DNA of 32,000 nucleotides from Planctomycetota bacterium (GCA_030616775.1 JAUWWQ010000006.1:76965-108964); one strand, 5' to 3'; shown: positions 8,628-17,989, counted from the stretch's first letter. Numbers and translations are program-made. The notes: generated from the sequence alone by a model not told the origin.

Positions 8628-9629
8628 TCATAATCCTACCCGGGCGAACTTAGCACGAAAACCGTCCTTGACCTGCGTCCCGGTGGGCTGGTTCCACCCG
8701 GTCACAGCCTCCCAGAGCCTGCCAAGCCGATAGATATCAAGGAGGCAGCATTCGTATACGTAGTTCTGCCAGTACGGAAACACCGTCCGGTCCCGGACGA
8801 GGCACATCTTGGCGCTCCTTCCGCCAACCAAGGCCGCCGTTTTCAGAAGCCGGCCCAAAAGGTAGACCCGTGCGCGGTCGTGCGAAGCGATGTTGAACAC
8901 CTTGTTATGCTGCCGGCCGGCGGCAAACGACCGCCGCAACCAGTACCACAGCGACGTGGTCTCAGGCCGAGTCAAATGATGGACGAGGATTCCCGGGTGG
9001 TAGTACGCTTTGAAGTCCGGGATTTGCTCGCGGGCCCGGAGAATCAGGTTGGTCTCGTCGCCACGGGGAAGGTTCCGCCCGGTAAGACCGACGTCCAATC
9101 GGAAGCCGCCAACCCGTTCCACGAGCGCGCGACGCCATATCATATTCGTCCCGCTGAGATGCTCGTCATCACTTAGGTAGCGGGGGGCAGAACCCTTGTA
9201 GTTGCTGTTGTAACGGTCCAGAAACCATGCCGGCTTCGGTCCGAGGTAATACGGAAAGTACGGGCCACCACACAGATCGGGTTCAACCGTTCGAATGACT
9301 CTGATGATGGTTTCGATCCATCTTATGTCCGCTTGGGCGTCGGCGTCGATGTGAGCGACGTACGGGGCCCGGGCGTGCCGGTAGCCGGCGTTGCGGGCAT
9401 GATTCAGGCCAAGACGAGGCTCGTACACATATGCCAGGTTCAGCCCGATCCCGTGTTCCTCGACCGCCTGTTCCGTCCGGTCGGTCGACGCGTTATCGAC
9501 CACGATCACGCGAAATGCCCCCAGACCGGTTGATTGACTGCGGAGGCTCTTCAGCAGCCGCGGGATGCTGCCGGCCTCGTTGAATGCACAGACTAAAACG
9601 TCAAGGACCGGGTTCATGCCACCCATCAA
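8628..9629 (-). CDS. Glycosyltransferase family 2 (GT-A)
   Basis: 333-aa ORF 'LDVLVCAFNEAGSIPRLLKSLRSQ...VIVVDNASTDRTEQ...PYVAHIDADAQADIRWI...SGTNMIWRRALVERVGGF...RGDETNLILRAR'. Likely start is the ATG at 9626. Confidence 0.9.
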   Translation of the reverse strand: MMGGMNPVLDVLVCAFNEAGSIPRLLKSLRSQSTGLGAFRVIVVDNASTDRTEQAVEEHGIGLNLAYVYEPRLGLNHARNAGYRHARAPYVAHIDADAQADIRWIETIIRVIRTVEPDLCGGPYFPYYLGPKPAWFLDRYNSNYKGSAPRYLSDDEHLSGTNMIWRRALVERVGGFRLDVGLTGRNLPRGDETNLILRAREQIPDFKAYYHPGILVHHLTRPETTSLWYWLRRSFAAGRQHNKVFNIASHDRARVYLLGRLLKTAALVGGRSAKMCLVRDRTVFPYWQNYVYECCLLDIYRLGRLWEAVTGWNQPTGTQVKDGFRAKFARVGL

Positions 9630-9670
9630 TTATTCATCGCCATGAGCACACCACACGTATCCGCCTGAAC

Positions 9671-10600
9671 CTACGACGGAAGAGCTGCCTCAATACGCTT
9701 TGTCCAAGACTGACGGATATGACTGGCAACTGTAGGATCAACACACTCCTGCTTTGTAAACGTCGAAAGTATTTGCAGGAGTTTCCGGCATAGCGGCACA
9801 TCGTTCGACTCAACCCGCTCCGGAAACGCGTAGTACCAGCGTCGGAGGGTATCCACATCCTCCCGTGAAAATGGGACCTTTGGCTCCAGATCCGCCAGTT
9901 GCCTGGTGGCGATATCCAATACAACCTGCGTCTGGCCGTTGGGATTCACCATCCCCCTGTTGCCGCCGTGCACGCGGTATGACACCAGGGGCGATTGCAG
10001 GTTGGCACCTCGGGTGTGCCGGAGCAGGCGCGCCCAAAGGTCATAATCCTGTGCATATGGCAATTCTTCGTCGTAGTCAATTCGACTCCTGGTCACAAGC
10101 TCACGTCGGAACATCACCGATGAGTGACAAAAGGCGTTGTAGAACAACATTTGCCACCGTATTTCCGTGTCGCTAGACGGTTGCCCATGCGTCGCCACAC
10201 GGCGCCCCTTACTGTCGATCACATCATAGGCAGTGCCCAAAAGCCCAACATCTGTATGCCTGGCAAGGTAGGTCACCTGGCTTTCAAGTCGTTCCGGCAA
10301 CGACGTGTCATCTGCATCCTGGCGAGCCACATACCGGCCTCGGGCGACCCGTAGACCTTTGTTGAGCGAAGCCGATAAGCCAATGTTCTTGCCATTACGG
10401 ATCGTTACGAGCCTCTCCTGTCCAACAGCGCATGTGCAGATCGTATCCCACGTATGATCACTAGACCCATCATCCACAACGATCAATTCATAATCCGCCA
10501 ATGTCTGCGCTAATAGACTCCCTATGGCACGGTTCAGATAAGCCTCACCGTTGTGAACAGCAAGTACAACGCTCACTGTCGGGCAATATCGCGCCGTCAT
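9671..10600 (-). CDS. Glycosyltransferase family 2
   Basis: 'TVSVVLAVHNGEAYLNRAIGSLLAQTLADYELIVVDDGSSDHTWD...NIGLSASLNKGLRVARGRYVARQDADDTSLPERLE'. The ATG at 10600 overlaps the asnB stop codon (ATGA); the ORF could extend to 10627. Confidence 0.93.
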   Translation of the reverse strand: MTARYCPTVSVVLAVHNGEAYLNRAIGSLLAQTLADYELIVVDDGSSDHTWDTICTCAVGQERLVTIRNGKNIGLSASLNKGLRVARGRYVARQDADDTSLPERLESQVTYLARHTDVGLLGTAYDVIDSKGRRVATHGQPSSDTEIRWQMLFYNAFCHSSVMFRRELVTRSRIDYDEELPYAQDYDLWARLLRHTRGANLQSPLVSYRVHGGNRGMVNPNGQTQVVLDIATRQLADLEPKVPFSREDVDTLRRWYYAFPERVESNDVPLCRKLLQILSTFTKQECVDPTVASHIRQSWTKRIEAALPS

Positions 10601-12372
10601 AATCTGATTCCATTCTCCCTCAGCCATACCAGCAGAACGAACATCTTCCAGTGTTCATAGCCTAATGGCGCTGCTGGGCCGGACTGCAGCGGCCTGGTCA
10701 GGCGAGCCTTGTGTTCCGAGCTAACGAGTCGGGAGAGGTTCCCATTCTCCTGGGAGAACGCTTCAGATATAAAGGTCCGAAGCGGCTCCTCCATCATCCA
10801 CTGAGTAACGGGCGCTCCAAACCCCCATTTTCTTCGACCAATAAACTCTGATGGGAGGTCCTTCCTGAGGATATGCTTCGGGATCATCTTCCTGTCCCGG
10901 CGTGTTACTTTGAACTCCACAGGAAGCGTGTCGGCGAAATTGACTAGCTCGTGGTCCAAAAAGGGGCATCTGGCCTCCAGGCTGTGCGCCATCGAGGCAG
11001 TATCCACCTTCGTGAAATGATTGTCAGGCAGTCTCTGTCTTTGTTCATGGATGATCACATCCTCCAGTGACCTGAATTCTAGTTCCGCAATATGCGCCAC
11101 AAGACCTGAGAGATCAGCATTGTAATTGGCACGCAGATGGTCCATAGTGCAGTAGGCCCGCTTTCTGAGATATCGTGTCTTTAACTCCCCGAGGTGTGAC
11201 CTACCAGCAGTTCCGGGGTTGGCCCCACAGTCCTCTGACAGGTCATCGTCAGCCAGCAGATCCCGATACTGATTGTATCCCCCAAAGATCTCGTCGCCGC
11301 CCTCGCCGGTGATAACGGATTTGACCGAGCGGGCCGCGAACCTGGAAATAAGGTATGTGGGTACGTTCGCTGAGTCGCCAAACGGTTCTGAATAGCTCGC
11401 TATGATATGCTCGAAATCGATGTTCTCCGGGTCAATGTCGATGACGCTGGGGTGTACACCGTATCGTTCGCACGCCTGCCTCATGTATGGATATTCGCTG
11501 ATATGGTCTCCAAAAGTGGCCGAGAATACCTTGATGGCCGGATTGCACTCAGCCGCGTATTTCAGGAGAAGCGTCGAATCCAGACCACCACTCAAGAAGA
11601 TTCCCACCTCGACGTCGGCAATCAGGTGCCTTTCAACGGCTCGGCGCACTAGATGCTCACTGTGTTCAACGCTTTCCGGCAAGCCCATACCCGTGCTGTA
11701 TGTACCGTTGCCCGGTAGGTCGTATTTGTTGATCCGGATACCTTCCGTATCAACAACCATGTACGACTGTGGGGGCAACTTAAAGATCCCCCGAAAGACG
11801 GACCGCGGCGCAGGAATGTAATTGTAATACCAGTAAAAGGGTAGCGCCGACTCCTCCAGTGATATGCTGACGTCGGTATGTAGACGTAGGGCGCGTATCT
11901 CGCTTGCAAATACGAAACCTGTTTTAGGGTTGTTGTAGTAATGGAATGGCTTTTGGCCATACCGGTCTCTTGCGCAGTACAGGATGTTCCGTGGGATATC
12001 GTGGATCGCCAGGGCATACATCCCGTTCAGCATGCCGAACGCGGCAACACCATGCTCCTCGAACAAGTGCAATATCACCTCCGTGTCTGTGCGCGTCCGG
12101 AACTTATGCCCGTGCATCTTCTGTTTTAACTCCCGATAGTTGTATATCTCACCGTTGAATATGATGCAGAGCTGACGATCTTCGTTGAATATCGGCTGAC
12201 CACCTCCGGCGAGGTCGATGATCGACAACCGCCGAAAGCCCAGTCCAACGTTGTCCTTCACGTGGTAACCCTCGTCATCTGGCCCGCGGTGAACCAGACA
12301 CTGCGTCATCCTCCGCAGTGACCTGGTGTCGACTTTCCCGCAGCGTGAGTATTCGCCCACTATACCGCACAT
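10597..12372 (-). CDS. asnB: Asparagine synthase (glutamine-hydrolysing) / AsnB-family amidotransferase
   Basis: 'MCGIVGEYS' with catalytic Cys2, 'CLVHRGPDDEGYH', 'LCIIFNGEIYNYRELK', ATP-PPi loop 'VGIFLSGGLDSTLLLKYA', and 'VITGEGGDEIFGGYNQYR'. Start placed at the Met giving N-terminal Cys2. Confidence 0.93.
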   Translation of the reverse strand: MCGIVGEYSRCGKVDTRSLRRMTQCLVHRGPDDEGYHVKDNVGLGFRRLSIIDLAGGGQPIFNEDRQLCIIFNGEIYNYRELKQKMHGHKFRTRTDTEVILHLFEEHGVAAFGMLNGMYALAIHDIPRNILYCARDRYGQKPFHYYNNPKTGFVFASEIRALRLHTDVSISLEESALPFYWYYNYIPAPRSVFRGIFKLPPQSYMVVDTEGIRINKYDLPGNGTYSTGMGLPESVEHSEHLVRRAVERHLIADVEVGIFLSGGLDSTLLLKYAAECNPAIKVFSATFGDHISEYPYMRQACERYGVHPSVIDIDPENIDFEHIIASYSEPFGDSANVPTYLISRFAARSVKSVITGEGGDEIFGGYNQYRDLLADDDLSEDCGANPGTAGRSHLGELKTRYLRKRAYCTMDHLRANYNADLSGLVAHIAELEFRSLEDVIIHEQRQRLPDNHFTKVDTASMAHSLEARCPFLDHELVNFADTLPVEFKVTRRDRKMIPKHILRKDLPSEFIGRRKWGFGAPVTQWMMEEPLRTFISEAFSQENGNLSRLVSSEHKARLTRPLQSGPAAPLGYEHWKMFVLLVWLRENGIRL

Positions 12373-12379
12373 GTGTCGT

Positions 12380-13525
12380 TCACAGTGAAATGCCCATATA
12401 TAGATTAATCGGACAGGAGGTGCACCCATCGAATAAGTCCACGCGGAAGGTGTTCCACTTCTCACTATTCCAGACTTCAGTCAGAGATTGAGCAAACACA
12501 TTTCCCATAACCGGCCTGTGGGTGTACTCGACCATGTTACACGGATGAACATCGCCATTTGCCAGAACAATGGCAAATTCCATCGGCCTGCGGCAGGGAG
12601 GAAGATTCTTATGTCTAGGCCGATAGTGGCCACTGGCCCATTCCGAGATCGTGAGAATATCCTCGGAGAACATTTCGTGCAATATTCGACGGGCATGCTT
12701 CCTGGACCCGCTGCTGAGCTTGTCGGTAAACTCCAGTACCTTCGGAATGACGTACTTCCTGAAGTGCCGGATCTCGTCTTCGTTGAGGAGATACTGCCGG
12801 TCAAAATCTCCTTCGAGATAAGCAATCCCTAAAGAGTGGGAGCCCAGTCGGTAGTGTAATTCGAGCAAGTCGGCAAATGACTCGTGATTCTCCCGACAAA
12901 GAATGGTCTGAGTGACAACTCTGAAGTCGGGGAAGCGGCGCTCCATCGCTCGAAGAATGCGTATGGCGTTAGTAGCCTTATGCCACAGGTTTCGGGAGCG
13001 TCGCATGGCGTCATGGACCGCAGGGTGCGGACTATAGAGCGAAACACATATGGTGTTGACGCCAGCCCGCAATAACGACTCTGCATAGGCCTGGTCGATC
13101 AGGCTCCCGTTGGTGTTCACCCCGACGTGCCAGCCATACTCACGGCCAATTTGAATCAGGTTGGTTAGGTACTTGTAGAGGGTCGGCTCACCACCGCTGA
13201 TATCAAGGCGTTCCACTCCTAGCTCGCGAGCTTCTGTGAGAATTCGGGACCAGTCCTGAAGAGACAGCATCCGTTCCCGTCGCAGATCTTTATGTAGCTC
13301 CCGCCTACACGCGCACGTGGGGCAATTTGCCGTGCAGGCCAGACATGGTTTGATCACCAACTTTCGTAGGCTGAACTTGCCGGCAGAGTGTGTTTGGGAT
13401 ACTGATCCATCCGGTCCGGGCAGTGATCGCCGAGCCTGCTGCAATACTGGTCGATCTCGGCAAACAGCCTCAGGAACTGTCTGTGCCGGTTGTGGTCCCG
13501 TGGCTAAGCGACCCATAGTCATCAC
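12380..13525 (-). CDS. Radical SAM protein with C-terminal SPASM-like auxiliary cluster region
   Basis: CX3CX2C in 'CTANCPTC', 'RLDISGGEPTLY', and C-term 'PPCRRPMEFAIVLANGDVHPCNMVEYTHRPVMGNVFAQSLTEVWNSE...DGCTSCP'. The GTG start overlaps the stop of the upstream methyltransferase. Confidence 0.9.
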   Translation of the reverse strand: MMTMGRLATGPQPAQTVPEAVCRDRPVLQQARRSLPGPDGSVSQTHSAGKFSLRKLVIKPCLACTANCPTCACRRELHKDLRRERMLSLQDWSRILTEARELGVERLDISGGEPTLYKYLTNLIQIGREYGWHVGVNTNGSLIDQAYAESLLRAGVNTICVSLYSPHPAVHDAMRRSRNLWHKATNAIRILRAMERRFPDFRVVTQTILCRENHESFADLLELHYRLGSHSLGIAYLEGDFDRQYLLNEDEIRHFRKYVIPKVLEFTDKLSSGSRKHARRILHEMFSEDILTISEWASGHYRPRHKNLPPCRRPMEFAIVLANGDVHPCNMVEYTHRPVMGNVFAQSLTEVWNSEKWNTFRVDLFDGCTSCPINLYMGISL

Positions 13526-14154
13526 CTGCGCTGTGCTCGAAGGTACAGGACTGTCAGCGTCTTGACCTCCCGAGCGATCACCTCCTTGATGTCGAAGCGC
13601 GGGAGTAACAAGCGCCTGAGTTCGTCGGGTTGATACTCTTTCACATGGTACGGATTGCCGCTATGGCAACCGTCGCGGCAGTGTGGGGAAGAGAGAAACA
13701 GCATTCCTCGCGGCCGGAGCACCCGAGCGGCCTCGGCGAGAAACGCCTCGCCGATAGCAGGCTCCACATGTTCGATGCCTTCCAGACAGCACACCAGATC
13801 GAAGGCCTCGTCGTTGAAGGGCAGGCGGCTCATCGTGCCCACCATGAACGTGGCATGCCGGGCGTAGCGGTGGCGGGCCTCTGCGATCGCTTCCTCGCTG
13901 ATGTCCACGCCGAAGGCGCTTCGACACCCTCGCAGGAACGAAGTGCCCCAGCCCATGCCGCACGGAACGTCCAGCAGATCAAGTCCCCTGCAATGGTGTG
14001 CGACCCACCGATAGCGCCAGCAAAACGCCTCGAGGTACGCAGACCGCCGCAGCGACACCCACGGAAAGACACGGCGTTTAAGCTCAAAGCGCCATTCATT
14101 CCGGTACCACGCAAGACTCGGGTGAGGGCGTTCCGCCGCCATGAGAAGGTCCAC
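13522..14154 (-). CDS. Class I SAM-dependent methyltransferase
   Basis: 210-aa ORF: 'GLDLLDVPCGMGWGTSFLRG', 'VFGVDISEEAIAEARHRY', 'DEAFDLVCCLEGIEHVEP', 'VLRPRGMLFLSSPH'. Confidence 0.9.
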   Translation of the reverse strand: MDLLMAAERPHPSLAWYRNEWRFELKRRVFPWVSLRRSAYLEAFCWRYRWVAHHCRGLDLLDVPCGMGWGTSFLRGCRSAFGVDISEEAIAEARHRYARHATFMVGTMSRLPFNDEAFDLVCCLEGIEHVEPAIGEAFLAEAARVLRPRGMLFLSSPHCRDGCHSGNPYHVKEYQPDELRRLLLPRFDIKEVIAREVKTLTVLYLRAQRR

Positions 14155-14222
14155 GCTCCTTCAGGTTCTTCGGGGCCGGGGCAGGGGAAGGTACACTGCT
14201 TGTGCACCTAGCCCTGGTCTCA

Positions 14223-14387
14223 TTATCGGACGATCTGCCAGGGGACTTTATGTTCCCTTAAGAGCCGGGACAGACGTTCCCTGACACCACTGCCCGTCCC
14301 ACACGCTTCCCATCACCGAACACGCGATCCACACACTTGGCAAGTACGGACGCGAGCGTTCAAGCTGTGTGTACGATCGTCCGATAA
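14223..14387. repeat. Pair of perfect 13-bp inverted repeats flanking 139 bp
   Basis: TTATCGGACGATC (14223-14235) and GATCGTCCGATAA (14375-14387) are exact reverse complements, between divergent genes. Confidence 0.85.
14236..14286. repeat. Possible 51-bp palindromic MITE/REP-like remnant
   Basis: Imperfect terminal inverted repeats TGCCAGGGGAC (14236-14246) and GTTCCCTGACA (14276-14286), 9/11 complementary, in an intergenic region. Confidence 0.45.
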
Positions 14388-14465
14388 AAGAAAGACCATG
14401 TGTCAACCGGCTCGCGCTGTGAGTGAGCTGTCCACAACCGGCGGGCTAGGGCGGCGGAGACTTCA

Positions 14466-15533
14466 ATGATTCCCGAGATGACGCCGAACGGTCACGTCGA
14501 AACATTGCGGACCTTGCACCGGATTGGTGAGGCCGGCGGCGTACCTTGCTACGCCGGGTCCAACGTAGCCCAAGAGTTCTCTCTGGCAGTCCGCGATGGC
14601 GGCCTTTGCGTAACGCCCAAGACCACGGCAGCTTATCAACGCTCGCTGCGGCCCGTTGCCCATTTCCGAGTTCAGACGCAGCCCGGCGACTATCCCGAGT
14701 TGAACCTGATGATGGGGATGATCAGCTTCCCCGGTGGAGATACGAGCACGAAGTGCTACCGCCCGTTCTCCCGCGACAAGGCCCGTGTGGCCGCCGGGTT
14801 GTACGTTGGCGTCCATTCGCGGTTAGGCGATGATCCCGGTTATTTCAATGCGGTTTTCCGCCATTTCGCTGATGCTATTCCCGCGCAGGGAATCGGCCCG
14901 GCGCTGGAGAGGTACGGTTCCATAGACGTTGACACCTGGGCTCGCCGCTTTCAGCAACTACATTCGCATACATACGGGCGGACACATCTGGTCGAGCTGC
15001 ATCTTCTGGATTTGATGGTCCGGGCCAGCGCCACTGACGATCGCCACGTTATCGAGATCGGCCCGTACCAAGGCCGGTCCACTGCGGCGATCGCAGCCGC
15101 TTTGGGCGACTGCGGGGTCAACTCGTTGCTGTTCAGCATTGATCCCAACGAGTTTGCCCCCCAGGCAGCCGATGTAGCCCTGGCGAACGTCGCGGCTGTC
15201 GGACAGCGGCGGCGACTTGTGCAGATTCATCGTCCTACCGCTGCCGTGACTGGTATTTGGACCGAGGGCATGGCGTCGATGGCGTTCATCGACGGCAGTC
15301 ATGAATTCGCCGACATGCTGACCGACTACAACCTTTGTGACAGGTTACTCATGCCGGGCGGCATCCTTGTGCTGCACGACATCTTTCCTGCCCGCCATGT
15401 CGGCTACGAACCGATGTTTCCCGATCCCCCGCGGTTGCTTGAGGAGGTGGTACTTCCCTCGGATCGGTACAGGCCGATCGCCGCGGCACACCAAACGGTG
15501 GCACTGCGAAAGCTGCACGGTCCGAATCCATAG
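14466..15533 (+). CDS. Class I SAM-dependent methyltransferase domain (C-terminal) with uncharacterised N-terminal region
   Basis: 355-aa ORF: 'DDRHVIEIGPYQGRSTAAIAAAL', 'NSLLFSIDPNEF', 'MASMAFIDGSHEFADMLTDYNLCDRLLMPGGILVLHDIFP' resembles Methyltransf_24. Confidence 0.78.
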   Translation: MIPEMTPNGHVETLRTLHRIGEAGGVPCYAGSNVAQEFSLAVRDGGLCVTPKTTAAYQRSLRPVAHFRVQTQPGDYPELNLMMGMISFPGGDTSTKCYRPFSRDKARVAAGLYVGVHSRLGDDPGYFNAVFRHFADAIPAQGIGPALERYGSIDVDTWARRFQQLHSHTYGRTHLVELHLLDLMVRASATDDRHVIEIGPYQGRSTAAIAAALGDCGVNSLLFSIDPNEFAPQAADVALANVAAVGQRRRLVQIHRPTAAVTGIWTEGMASMAFIDGSHEFADMLTDYNLCDRLLMPGGILVLHDIFPARHVGYEPMFPDPPRLLEEVVLPSDRYRPIAAAHQTVALRKLHGPNP

Positions 15534-15565
15534 AGGCAAAGATGGGGCAGCTCACGCATGCCTGC

Positions 15566-17989
15566 TCAGGCGGACGTTGCGTCTGCACTGACCCTTTTGA
15601 AGATAAACGCCAACAGGTCATCGACCAGCGCGCCGTAGGAGTAATCATTCACCACCGCCCCTCGCATCGACTCGGCGATCCGGCTACGCCTTTCGCTATC
15701 CGAAAGAAACCGCTCAGCGAGCTGAGCAAACTGGTCGGCTGACGCGAATGATACGTCCCCGTACTCGCCGAATACGGCCCCCGCAGCCCGCCGGTAGTTC
15801 ATGGCCTCCATCTCCTCGTACTTGGCACCCCCTCCCGGCGGCAGCCGGATCCGGTCAAACCTGCGATCCTGTCCGCGTAACCGACATAGCTCCTCGATTG
15901 CCTCGATCAACTCCGGAATGTCGTTGGCGTCATACTCCACACCCACGACCGGATTGTATTTACGAAGAGCAGCCAGATACCGCTTGGCCGGTTCATGGAT
16001 CATGTCAGCCGGCGTGTAGCGGATAAGGAAGAACCCACCTGCTGCCAGGCCGTCGAGCAGCCGCTGGTGAACGGCCCCGGTGCCGATGATCTGCAGGTTG
16101 ATGGTGCTGGCCTGGTAGATGGCTCGCAGCTCCGGCCCGTTGCGGGCAAATCCTCGGGCATATCGTCCGAAGCGCGGGTGTGCGTCCCATCCATTGCCGT
16201 ATAGATGCAACACCCGTGCAGTACGATCACAGAAATCCGCAACCCACTCCAGCGTACTCTGGCGGAACATCAACTCAGCCAGCGGATAGAGGTAGGAATG
16301 CAAAAGGGCACGGTCGGTCTCGGTTGAGGCAGGTACCAGCCCGGTCTGCTCTTTCACCTGTTCCAGAAGGTGCGGGGCCGCAGCGTATGCCGGACGCGGT
16401 GCTTCAGCGAACAAACCCGGCAGGGCATCGAAAAGATAGTCTAAAAGCTGCAACGCCGCCGGATCATTGGCGAACCATTGTCGACGCTCCTCGTGAAACT
16501 TCTGTGGCAAGGTGGAGTGACTGCTGACGTAGGACACGTCGCAACGATAGAGGGCAAGCTCATCCTCGGACATCGACTGGTTGCTGTACGTCCGATCGTC
16601 TGTTGCCATCATCCAGGCCAGGCCCTGCGAGGCCGGGTAAGCGTATTGGTGTATGAATGCCGAAGGCTCTCTTGCGATGTAGAAATCCAGCCCGCCCAGT
16701 GAACGGCCGGCGTCAGCGCTTGCCAGATGAGGCAATAAATCCTGAATCCAACATACCAGGGGTACATTCGCCGGAATGGCGGATCCATACTCGCGGCGAA
16801 GATGGTCAATGATCGTGATCAAATCGGGCTTGAACTCATCGATCACTTCGCTGATGCGGGAGCGGGGAAGCAGGTCATGGTCGTTTTCTTCTATAATTAT
16901 TCGAAACTCATGACCGCGATCCTTGAACGCCGCCCCCCAGTCGCGCATCGAATACTGAAGATAGGTGGTGAAGCGGCTGGTGAGGCCCAACACACGCAGT
17001 CGTTTCTTTCGATCCGGCTCAAAACGCTGTTTCCACTGAGGTGGCGGTAGTAGAGCGTAATAGCGATGAACGGCTTCCCGCCTCTCGCGGTCCTTCTGTT
17101 CAAGTGCGGCGGCCCGGGGCTGAAGCGCTTCATACGCCTGATTGCACAGTGCCTCTCCAGAAGAGGTCAACCGGACCGCAAACTCCGGAGCCGGCAGACC
17201 GGGGCGCTGCTCAAAGTAAGCCACGAGTCGATCAATACAATTCGTACCGACGAAAACATCGGTGCGTTCGTGACAAAGCCGCTCTATCGAGTCAGATACG
17301 TATAGGATAATGCCGAACGCCGCGACGTCCGCCTCGATCACGTAGATGCGGGGACTGAACGTCAGGAACATCTTCTGTGTCGCGCCGAACACCTTGTTAA
17401 ACAACGCACCGAACCGGTCCCCCGCAACCAGGTATGGGCCGCAAAACAGCGCCTTGGGATTGTGAGGCAACTTCGCGCTCACCAGTACGCGGTTCACATC
17501 GCTAAGATCGGGCAGCCAGCGTCGCCGGCCATCCGGGGAGCGCGTCGCGATCTGAAAGTTCCCGTCGGACGTGCGGTAGAGTTCATACTCCCGGGGGATG
17601 CTCCGAAACACCGCATCGTGTCCACGCATCTTTGGGAACCTTTCGTACAGCCGTGCTATGTTGGATTCGAATTGGGTCTGGAGTGAACCCCACGCAACGC
17701 GTCCGGATCGTGCCCGGGCGATCGTCTCGCGCAGAGCCTGGATCTCGGGTTGGGAAAGGAACTCGCTACTTGTGCTGCGGAGCAGATCTCGGGCCGGGCC
17801 AATCAGCCCAAGGGCAATATACGACCGGCATACCTGCAACGTGAGTGCTGCATCATCCGCACCGGCCTCGAGGTGGCCCAGCGCGGCGTTCAGAAAGGCG
17901 TAGTGGTCGCCCTGCTCGGGCTGCCCATCTAGCTCCCTGAGCGTGCCTGAGCTCTTAGATTGGGCCGTAGACTGACTTTGCCCCATCAT
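15566..17989 (-). CDS. Glycosyltransferase (CgeB/GT-B-like) with N-terminal TPR-like region
   Basis: Large ORF. N-term 'YAFLNAALGHLEAGADDAALTLQVCRSYIALGLIGPARDLL'; C-term 'LHLYGNGWDAHPRFGRYARGFARNGPELRAIYQASTINLQIIGTGAVHQRLLDGLAAGGFFLIRYTPADM'. The Met pair at 17989/17986 is a better start than 18139, which would run through the hairpin element. Confidence 0.72.
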   Translation of the reverse strand: MMGQSQSTAQSKSSGTLRELDGQPEQGDHYAFLNAALGHLEAGADDAALTLQVCRSYIALGLIGPARDLLRSTSSEFLSQPEIQALRETIARARSGRVAWGSLQTQFESNIARLYERFPKMRGHDAVFRSIPREYELYRTSDGNFQIATRSPDGRRRWLPDLSDVNRVLVSAKLPHNPKALFCGPYLVAGDRFGALFNKVFGATQKMFLTFSPRIYVIEADVAAFGIILYVSDSIERLCHERTDVFVGTNCIDRLVAYFEQRPGLPAPEFAVRLTSSGEALCNQAYEALQPRAAALEQKDRERREAVHRYYALLPPPQWKQRFEPDRKKRLRVLGLTSRFTTYLQYSMRDWGAAFKDRGHEFRIIIEENDHDLLPRSRISEVIDEFKPDLITIIDHLRREYGSAIPANVPLVCWIQDLLPHLASADAGRSLGGLDFYIAREPSAFIHQYAYPASQGLAWMMATDDRTYSNQSMSEDELALYRCDVSYVSSHSTLPQKFHEERRQWFANDPAALQLLDYLFDALPGLFAEAPRPAYAAAPHLLEQVKEQTGLVPASTETDRALLHSYLYPLAELMFRQSTLEWVADFCDRTARVLHLYGNGWDAHPRFGRYARGFARNGPELRAIYQASTINLQIIGTGAVHQRLLDGLAAGGFFLIRYTPADMIHEPAKRYLAALRKYNPVVGVEYDANDIPELIEAIEELCRLRGQDRRFDRIRLPPGGGAKYEEMEAMNYRRAAGAVFGEYGDVSFASADQFAQLAERFLSDSERRSRIAESMRGAVVNDYSYGALVDDLLAFIFKRVSADATSA

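Noticed and set aside
8163-8633. 156-aa plus-strand ORF
   Set aside because: Runs antisense over the glutamine synthetase N-terminus and translates the tandem repeats (SLDRESLHRWTEN); better explained as a by-product of repeat DNA.
12380-13525. RiPP (sactipeptide-like) system around the radical SAM gene
   Set aside because: No plausible precursor peptide ORF, no RRE-like or transporter/peptidase gene nearby, and the neighbours are glycosyltransferases.
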